From a virus (Duplodnaviria > Caudoviricetes), in the IMG/VR virus record IMGVR_UViG_3300037722_000745, positions 259,175 through 323,174 of that record: a stretch of 64,000 nt of DNA, one strand, 5' to 3'. The translations under genes and the position numbers were made by a program. This document shows, piece by piece, positions 57,485-64,000 of the stretch. The notes beneath the pieces are model-generated. The model did not search any database. It was given only the letters and a program-made list of their open reading frames with translations, and was not told the origin of the DNA. Numbering within the stretch: position 1 is the stretch's first letter; each line of letters begins with the position of its first letter.

Positions 57485-58639
57485 TCAGAGTTCGGCGCTG
57501 GCCGACGCCTCGAACCGCGGCTTCTCGGTTGCATCGTAGACACACCAGCCGAACTGCGGTTGCAAGGCGTTGCCGTTCTCCACGTTCTCCGACGTGCCCA
57601 GCAGACCGCCGACGAACTTCATGTCGAACGTGTCCTCGTAGTAGCGCCACTTCACCGGGACCTCGCTCAGACCCTTCGGGAAGTCCGATGGGTTGCGACC
57701 GCTCATTATCGCCCCCACGTTCTTGGTCCAGTCGAGATCCGGGTTGACTCGGTCACGCACAAGGTAGGGGAACAGCGTGTTGATCCACCCGCTCACGAAC
57801 GGCCCGCCCGAACCCCCGCTGACCTTGTAGAAGTTGGACCACAGGGCGGTGTCGGCACGCCCCTCCGACGCCTTCACCAGCTCGTCGAGAACCGGGTCCA
57901 AGTGGTCGAACCAGAAGGCCAGCTCCTGATCGATCTCGCGGAAAAGACGGACGCGACCTCGGATCTCCCGCCAGTCGGAAGCGCTGCCCTGAAGCGTGAA
58001 CCGCGGGAACCCGCACAAGGTCCGTACCCCGTAGTCGAAGTAGGCGCTCATCGCATCCATGAGCGTGATCTCCGAGACCGCCTTCTCCAGCGGCCCCGTC
58101 GTCTCGAAGGCACCGACGAACAGCTCGTACTTGTCCCCGATGAAGCCCTTGATCGCCCGGCCGAACTCGTCGAAGCAGCCCGGCCAGTCGTTGTCCGGCG
58201 AGCCCTTCACGAAGCCGTTGCGCTCGATCTCGATGAACTCCTTGCCCGTGTGCTGCACGAACTGATGCCGCACACGCTCCGAATTGAGCTTGATGTGCGT
58301 CGCCAACCCCTGGCCGATGCAAGTCCAGATCACATCCGGAGTTAGAACCACCGGAAGATGGTGATCGTACGCCTGGTTCAGACACTCGATGAGCGGATTG
58401 AGCCCGCTCGAAGGTCCAATCAACACCGCCTCGCTGCACGCCTCGATGGGCCGTAGCTCGTAGCCGAACTCCCTCTGCCCGTCCGCGCCCTTCTGGTGGG
58501 TGAGCTTGCCCAGCTTGGCCCGAAACATGTCCCGGGTCCCGACCGTCGGAAACGGCTCGTAAGGTAGGTAGACCCGCCGGCCATCCTCCCAGTCGGCTTC
58601 GCCGACCGGACGCACGTCGTCAACCGTGAATGTCGTCAT
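57485..58639 (-). CDS. DUF4419-like protein
   Basis: AYDHHLPVVLTPDVIW...GLATHI...FETTGP...CGFP.FTLQG..DW...VSGWI..LFPY. Confidence 0.8.
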   Translation of the reverse strand: MTTFTVDDVRPVGEADWEDGRRVYLPYEPFPTVGTRDMFRAKLGKLTHQKGADGQREFGYELRPIEACSEAVLIGPSSGLNPLIECLNQAYDHHLPVVLTPDVIWTCIGQGLATHIKLNSERVRHQFVQHTGKEFIEIERNGFVKGSPDNDWPGCFDEFGRAIKGFIGDKYELFVGAFETTGPLEKAVSEITLMDAMSAYFDYGVRTLCGFPRFTLQGSASDWREIRGRVRLFREIDQELAFWFDHLDPVLDELVKASEGRADTALWSNFYKVSGGSGGPFVSGWINTLFPYLVRDRVNPDLDWTKNVGAIMSGRNPSDFPKGLSEVPVKWRYYEDTFDMKFVGGLLGTSENVENGNALQPQFGWCVYDATEKPRFEASASAEL

Positions 58640-58648
58640 GATCCCTTC

Positions 58649-59041
58649 CTAGTCCTCGTGCTCGTTTACCGAGAAGTCAATCCGGACAACCCGGCCGTCC
58701 TGGATGATCGGATAGGCACGAATCACGTTGCCACTGTCGTCCGTGTGCTCCAATACAACCGGTATCGGGCCGTTCCCCTTCGCTACCTCGACAACTCGCT
58801 CAAGCAAAGCAACGGGAACCTTGTGCCGATCCTCACGAAGGTGACCCCACAAGGTCGGTTTCTCAGGAGTCTCCGACGCTGCACGCGTGTGCACCTCCCA
58901 CAAGGCTACCAAGGCGTCCAGATCTCCCGATGCCGCGCTCTGCCACGAACACGAACACAAGGCCCGGTACGCACAATCCGCGTACATGAAACCACCATCA
59001 CCAAAGGTGCAACGCTTGAACTCAACAAGGCGGTGGTCCAT
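58649..59041 (-). CDS. Hypothetical protein
   Basis: CSCSW; internal PTLWGHLRED. Confidence 0.55.
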   Translation of the reverse strand: MDHRLVEFKRCTFGDGGFMYADCAYRALCSCSWQSAASGDLDALVALWEVHTRAASETPEKPTLWGHLREDRHKVPVALLERVVEVAKGNGPIPVVLEHTDDSGNVIRAYPIIQDGRVVRIDFSVNEHED

Positions 59042-59151
59042 CTCCCCTATTAGACCACATTCGGCTTCTCCGGATCAAGACATTGGCACACCCGGGTGTG
59101 ATTCGCTCCGGAGTTCTTCCCTAACCCGCCCCAGCAGTGTAATTGGGGGTT

Positions 59152-59477
59152 ATGTCCACCCCCAATTACCTCGAACGAGCGCAGGGTGGCTCGCCTATGG
59201 AATGCTCGCCTTCTGGACCGGCCTCTATGTCGCCCGGAAACTCCACGAACCCGCCATCGAAGAAGTCACTCAGAAACACTACGAGTGCGCCTACCTCAAG
59301 GAACAAACGACCGCTGCCAACATCCGAAACCGAGCCCTCTACGAGTCCTGCACCTTGTCCCTGCAAGACACCCGCTACATGCTCGCAACCTGTAATCGGG
59401 TTCTAAACTTCGCTGATCAAAAAACGGGCCCCGAGCCCAAACCACCCAAGAGACGCCGCTGGCGGGCCAAACGCTAG
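59152..59477 (+). CDS. Membrane-anchored hypothetical protein
   Basis: TGTAAT 8 nt before ATG 59152; N-terminal TM. Confidence 0.65.
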
Positions 59478-60064
59478 CCCCGCTTTTCCTTTTCCAGATG
59501 CAACAGGATTCGAACCCGCGCGATTTCCTCAGATGTGTGGACGGTGCCCCCGGTGTTCAGATCTAGGTACCATTGGAGCACTTCAGCCCGCGTAGACAGG
59601 TCGTTGACATTCCAACGAAACCGGGTCACCAGCATGTCCATGCAGGCATAGTCGCTGTAGAACCCTCCGTACGACCTCCCCTCGAAAACACGGAACTCGT
59701 CCTTGAGGAAACACACGACGGCGTTGAGCCTCTGCTTACCGTCCACCAGAACGTACGGCCCGTGTTTGTTCCCATCCTGGTAACCAGGACAGTTGGTCTG
59801 AATCATGTTGCCCGACGTCCCGCCACGGAGGACAAACTCGACATAGCGAATTTGCTGCTCTCGAGTCCAGACGTGACAGCGTTGGAAGTTAGGCTCCAAG
59901 TCGAGACCGTTTTCCACCTCCTGCTTAAGGAACCTCAGTAAGTAGCCCCAGCCGATGTCAACACCGTAGTTGGCTCCTTGGATAAATTGCGGAATATCGC
60001 TAACGGTGAGGGTTTTGGTCATTTTGGTTACTCTTGGGAGGAGACGGGCTTTGCGTCTTTTCAA
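59474..60064 (-). CDS. Stand-alone DUF262 (ParB/Srx-fold, GmrSD N-terminal-like) protein
   Basis: PNFQRCHVW...VLVDGKQRL...FxxxN.GG pattern. Confidence 0.8.
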   Translation of the reverse strand: MKRRKARLLPRVTKMTKTLTVSDIPQFIQGANYGVDIGWGYLLRFLKQEVENGLDLEPNFQRCHVWTREQQIRYVEFVLRGGTSGNMIQTNCPGYQDGNKHGPYVLVDGKQRLNAVVCFLKDEFRVFEGRSYGGFYSDYACMDMLVTRFRWNVNDLSTRAEVLQWYLDLNTGGTVHTSEEIARVRILLHLEKEKRG

Positions 60065-60214
60065 TAGGGGAGCATCGCCTTATCCGGGGCTGAACTCCAA
60101 ACCGGAAAGCCAGCAAGTTCACAACCCTCCGCGATCAACCGGGCGGGCCATCGAGCGTCACACCGCCGATCGCTTTTGCGGAATGTACTAGCATGCCGAT
60201 GCATTGCTTAACTT

Positions 60215-60499
60215 TCATGGCGCTTTCCAATCGGACGCTTCGAGATCGGGAGCATGGAAGCGATCGAAAGTACTGGGATCTTCGCCATTCCATTGTGCTT
60301 GTAGCAACTCGCCTAGCCTGCAGGCAGACGCTTCGAGATCATCACCGAACTCATCTGCAGTTAGACCTACGTGGTGAGCAAATTCGCTCCTGCTAGTAGC
60401 CAGATGGCTGGCTACAGCGTTTAGCAAAGCAGGAAAGACACGAAAAAACCCAAGTGCAAGCTTCGCTCTACGAATGTCTGATTGTGTGATAGTACTCAT
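60215..60499 (-). CDS. Hypothetical protein
   Basis: ATGA overlap. Confidence 0.5.
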   Translation of the reverse strand: MSTITQSDIRRAKLALGFFRVFPALLNAVASHLATSRSEFAHHVGLTADEFGDDLEASACRLGELLQAQWNGEDPSTFDRFHAPDLEASDWKAP

Positions 60500-60792
60500 C
60501 TTACTTGCCCTCTTGTCCGCAAAGCCTTAATCCGATCCCTCACTTCGAATAGAACCTCAAAGCTCAGCTCATACTGACAACAGTAAGTGTACACTTGCCT
60601 AGCTGCCCTTGACGCTATTAGCAGCTCAGGGTGAGTTAGTGCACAGTGTGCTGCGTTCCAAAAGTGGCGCAAAGGTTCTCTGCTTGTATTACAACCAAGA
60701 GGTCGCTTTTTCGCACGGTAGGTGGTGTCCCCTACATAACCGAATAGGCCAGCCTCTGCAAATGCCCTGTTGCCGGTGTAAGACAACTGCAT
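60496..60792 (-). CDS. Hypothetical protein, start doubtful
   Basis: TTGTAATAC lies inside the ORF, so the true start is probably downstream. Confidence 0.3.
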   Translation of the reverse strand: MQLSYTGNRAFAEAGLFGYVGDTTYRAKKRPLGCNTSREPLRHFWNAAHCALTHPELLIASRAARQVYTYCCQYELSFEVLFEVRDRIKALRTRGQVR

Positions 60793-61732
60793 GGCTCAGT
60801 GGACCTTCGACTCGTTCCTGAAAAAAGCTCGGCAGCACGCTAACGCAGGGGCCCAAGCCGAAGCCGACTTGATGTACCTCCTGCTCGAAGTCGAACCCCT
60901 CGTCATCCTATGGTCGGATCGCTACCGACACTGGATACACCTGCTCAAGGATCTCCAACTCACATCCCCGACACGGTACGCGGGCTTCAAAAAAGCTAAC
61001 TCCCGGTTCTCCAAGACCGAGATCACCCGCCTCGGGGTCTCTGCTAGTATCTTGCTCGCTCGGATCAGCAACAAAAACCACTGCCTGGAAGCCAAAGAGA
61101 AAGCTCTAGAATGGTGGCACGAGCACCGCGTGCCCATGCCACCCAAAATCGCCAACCGAATCGTCGCTCGTGTCGATCCCGATGCCGTCCCCACCATCGC
61201 AAAGCTCACTCCCGAACAATGGCGGCAACGAACCTACTTGCTCGAAGCCATCTTGATGAAGCACGGCCTTGGAGTGCCCCCGCGCCCCCAAGGCACAGAG
61301 GAGTCCAACACCATCGTAGATACCTCCGTTGCTTTCGTGCGGGCCCAATACCGCCTCAAGCAGCTCTACCCCTCGTGCTCCAATGATGACCTCACCAAGA
61401 TCGCAATGCAGCAAGTAGAGACCGCCAGCGCCTCCCTGAAACACGCCCTCAACATCCGGAAGATCAAGACTGCCGAACACCACATTCCTCCCAGTACTCA
61501 AATTATCTCCGACGAAACCCTCGACAAGCAGATCGCAGCCACCGCCAAAGCCCACCCCAACCTCGTCACCTCGGGTCTCGTCCTCGACGAACTGGACATA
61601 CCCATACAAGAACATCACAGGGTCAACGTCCGTCAACGAATTCTAGAACGTATGAAAGCTACAACGTTCTTACGACCTCTTGGTAAGGTCGGCAGCACAA
61701 AGGCTTTCGCCTACAGTGAAGATCCAGTGTAG
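60791..61732 (+). CDS. Hypothetical protein
   Basis: 313 aa; CCGGTGTAA 8 nt before ATG. Confidence 0.75.
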   Translation: MAQWTFDSFLKKARQHANAGAQAEADLMYLLLEVEPLVILWSDRYRHWIHLLKDLQLTSPTRYAGFKKANSRFSKTEITRLGVSASILLARISNKNHCLEAKEKALEWWHEHRVPMPPKIANRIVARVDPDAVPTIAKLTPEQWRQRTYLLEAILMKHGLGVPPRPQGTEESNTIVDTSVAFVRAQYRLKQLYPSCSNDDLTKIAMQQVETASASLKHALNIRKIKTAEHHIPPSTQIISDETLDKQIAATAKAHPNLVTSGLVLDELDIPIQEHHRVNVRQRILERMKATTFLRPLGKVGSTKAFAYSEDPV

Positions 61733-61759
61733 ATACTGCCGACTCGTTGTTTTTAAGGT

Positions 61760-62038
61760 TCAACAGAAGATCGCGAAGCACTCCAACTCGCTATCCCAAT
61801 GAACCCCAAGCTGCGCAAGACGAACCATCACCCCCTCAGGTAACTCCGGTGGAGCTTGCAACGCGTAGCTCGGACCTAAGCACAAAATATCGTGCTCCGC
61901 GTGGTACTCCCCGGACCCTAAATGCTCCGTGAGCAAGGTCAGGACCTCCGCCAACCCCGCCATCGAGCCCCGCGGGTGGACCTTGTCCTCCAGGTAGTGC
62001 CCCTTTGTCACCTCATGCCAGCGCTCGGCGTAGCTCAT
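61760..62038 (-). CDS. Hypothetical protein
   Basis: gagga RBS; EYHAEHDIL. Confidence 0.55.
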   Translation of the reverse strand: MSYAERWHEVTKGHYLEDKVHPRGSMAGLAEVLTLLTEHLGSGEYHAEHDILCLGPSYALQAPPELPEGVMVRLAQLGVHWDSELECFAIFC

Positions 62039-62039
62039 C

Positions 62040-62432
62040 TCAGTCCTCATCCCGTAAGTAGTCCCACAGCGTTGAACTCGTAGCCGCCGCTCGAAGCTTC
62101 GCAATTACCCGCTGAGCGGTCCCCGGGCCCGCATCACGGTCGTACAGCAACGTCGTAATGAAACCCTCTTCGAACTTCATCTTGAACGGCCGGCCTGCGA
62201 TGTACTCGAAGTACAAGACCCCACCCTCAGCCTCCTTAGCCATAACCTTTCGAGCATCCTCCACACTGAAATCCGGAAGGTCATACCAAACCCCAAGCCC
62301 CACCGGACGAGTCGCATGGTAGAGAGCATGCAGCACAACCGCCGGGTCAAGCCCTTTGATGGAAATTCGATCGCCCACGCCGACAATTACACCAAGGAAT
62401 CGGCGTAGCCGGATCCAAGATGCAACCGCCAA
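62040..62432 (-). CDS. Hypothetical phage protein
   Basis: Ends STLWDYLRDED. Confidence 0.7.
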   Translation of the reverse strand: MAVASWIRLRRFLGVIVGVGDRISIKGLDPAVVLHALYHATRPVGLGVWYDLPDFSVEDARKVMAKEAEGGVLYFEYIAGRPFKMKFEEGFITTLLYDRDAGPGTAQRVIAKLRAAATSSTLWDYLRDED

Positions 62433-62441
62433 CAGCTAAAC

Positions 62442-62723
62442 CTACGGACCGCCTGCTCCCTTGGTCAACCACCATTCGTAGTGGGCAACGTCAATGCAAT
62501 TTTCGATGCCCGGATCGAAGGCTCGGGGCGGGGCCAGCAAACTCCACCCATCAGCAAGAGCCTCAAGAACGGTCTTGGGGCGGCGCCCAATCGCGCTTCG
62601 CGTGTGGCCGATATGCTTTCCTCGCACGTAGAGACTTGGATCTTCATGCGTCCAACCGTAGATCTCGCTGCGCAACGAGTCTTGTTCAGTCGACACTATG
62701 AGAACTTGCTGCACTGTCTCCAA
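62442..62723 (-). CDS. Hypothetical protein
   Basis: ggag RBS; 93 aa. Confidence 0.65.
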   Translation of the reverse strand: METVQQVLIVSTEQDSLRSEIYGWTHEDPSLYVRGKHIGHTRSAIGRRPKTVLEALADGWSLLAPPRAFDPGIENCIDVAHYEWWLTKGAGGP

Positions 62724-62738
62724 CTCCCTTTCCGCTGC

Positions 62739-63047
62739 TTAATCAGGCAGGGCCTCCAGCTTCGCAATCACCGCTTCAAGCACGTCCCGATCGTCCCCCC
62801 AACCAGGAGCCGTCGCCGCCAATGCCTCCCGAGCTACGTCTCGCTCCCGCTCTGAAAGTAGGACGCTGCTGAAACCCTCTCTACGATCACAAAGTTCGTA
62901 AACCCCACCCCCTTGTGATCGAACCAAACTCAGAAACAACAGCGTGTTTAGCGCCCTACTAACCTGATCTTGGGTGTAAACCGATCCCGCCTGCAGACCC
63001 TCCAGAGTCGATGGCGAACCCTCCAGCCGAGCCAAGACCATCACCAT
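62739..63047 (-). CDS. Possible winged-helix protein
   Basis: QDQVSRALNTL...VRSQGGGVYEL; start inferred. Confidence 0.5.
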   Translation of the reverse strand: MVMVLARLEGSPSTLEGLQAGSVYTQDQVSRALNTLLFLSLVRSQGGGVYELCDRREGFSSVLLSERERDVAREALAATAPGWGDDRDVLEAVIAKLEALPD

Positions 63048-63202
63048 GGTCACCCCCAATAGGGAGACGCTTTCGATATGGCCGCTAGCCCCAATCACCC
63101 TGAAACACCGTAGTCTCGAGCCGAACTTTCCCAACCTCCGCGAGCTGACCCAGAAGCACCCTCTCCTCAGAGGCACTGCAGCCTCGAGCCCTCTCCGATT
63201 CG

Positions 63203-63232
63203 TTTCAATTACGAGGGAGGCTTTCACCTCCC
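63203..63232 (+). repeat. Third copy of hairpin element
   Basis: tttcaattacgagggaggctttcacctccc, identical to 26797-26826. Confidence 0.9.
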
Positions 63233-63821
63233 AGCTTCAGACTCTACCACGTCGCCCGCCTGGGCCGCCAGGCCCCTCCAACCGAAGACGGTTCGGGACA
63301 ACAACCCAGTCCCCCGGGGCCGCCCAAAAACCCTCGTCCCAGTACTCCACGGCGAACGTAATCGCATCACTTCCTTCCCGACCCATGTATACGGCTACAT
63401 GGGTCTCCAACCAGACCGCAACGTACTCGGCATAGAAGATCGTCGCAGTCTCGCAGTTCTGACAACGGACCTTTTAAAAGTCCCAGCTTCTTTCAAAAGG
63501 TTCTTGGGAGCTTCCGCTTTGACCTTTTGAAAGGTCCAGAGACCCTGCTGAAGCCCCTTTGGCGCCGTAGGCGCCCTGGGCATAAGCCTCGGTCGGCGGC
63601 CTTCGAGTCAAAAATTTACCGGGCTGAAATTTTCAACCCACGGTAGTTACCACCGGACTAAAATTTTCAGGGGGTAGTGCCGTTTTTGGGGCTTTGACAG
63701 TTTGCCGTACGATGACCGTATGCAACCTAAACGCGCCAATTCCGTCGCTGAGCACAGTTCGAAAAGATAATCAAGCGGTTCTTGACGTTTCCCCAATTCT
63801 GTGGGTCCTCCGCCCCCTGGG

Positions 63822-64000
63822 GGCCTCTACCTGAGGCCGAGGACCTGGCTCGCTTCGCTCGCAAGGGTCGAGCGGCCTCTACCTGAGGCCGAGGACCTGG
63901 CTCGCTTCGCTCGCAAGGGTCGAGCGGCCTCTACCTGAGGCCGAGGACCTGGCTCGCTTCGCTCGCAAGGGTCGAGCGGCCTCTACCTGAGGCCGAGGAC
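63822..64000. repeat. Perfect 52-bp tandem repeat (at least 3.4 copies, runs off edge)
   Basis: Unit ggcctctacctgaggccgaggacctggctcgcttcgctcgcaagggtcgagc at 63822, 63874, 63926 and 63978. Confidence 0.95.

Noticed and set aside
57269-58345. 358-aa plus-strand ORF and similar long overlapping ORFs (e.g. 833-1285, 23321-24100, 20420-21037)
   Set aside because: Antisense shadows of motif-bearing genes, expected with high-GC codon bias.
63822-64000. CRISPR array
   Set aside because: Units are identical end to end with no spacers; no cas genes.

Overview
GC-rich, gene-dense segment of a large bacteriophage or prophage; a myxobacterial/deltaproteobacterial host is an inference from the lipoprotein, protease and IS-like cargo. 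No capsid, terminase, integrase, tRNA, rRNA or CRISPR array is visible. Layout: (1) 1-9053: a GHKL-ATPase/zincin fusion missing from the ORF track, two phosphatases, and an adenine-MTase/SF2-helicase fusion. (2) 9055-17288: minus-strand virion/tail-fibre module. (3) 17.4-64 kb: about 90 mostly small genes. These include dCTP deaminase, MazG-like, ligase-like, ParB-like, RHH/Fic, HicB, 5'-nucleotidase, NDT-like, DUF262, DUF4419, several proteases, a degenerate PolA, and an IS607 whose tnpB carries an amber stop. The strongest patterns read directly from sequence are: a shared N-terminal motif [EQT]RVxxR[FYH]LxA(KT) on four unrelated proteins; a two-class TGTA promoter-like grammar placing about 22 start codons 6-9 nt downstream (predicted leaderless mRNAs); a hairpin/recombination-site-like element present three times; and a 52-bp tandem array at the right edge. 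All family calls come from motif recognition by eye, with no database searches.
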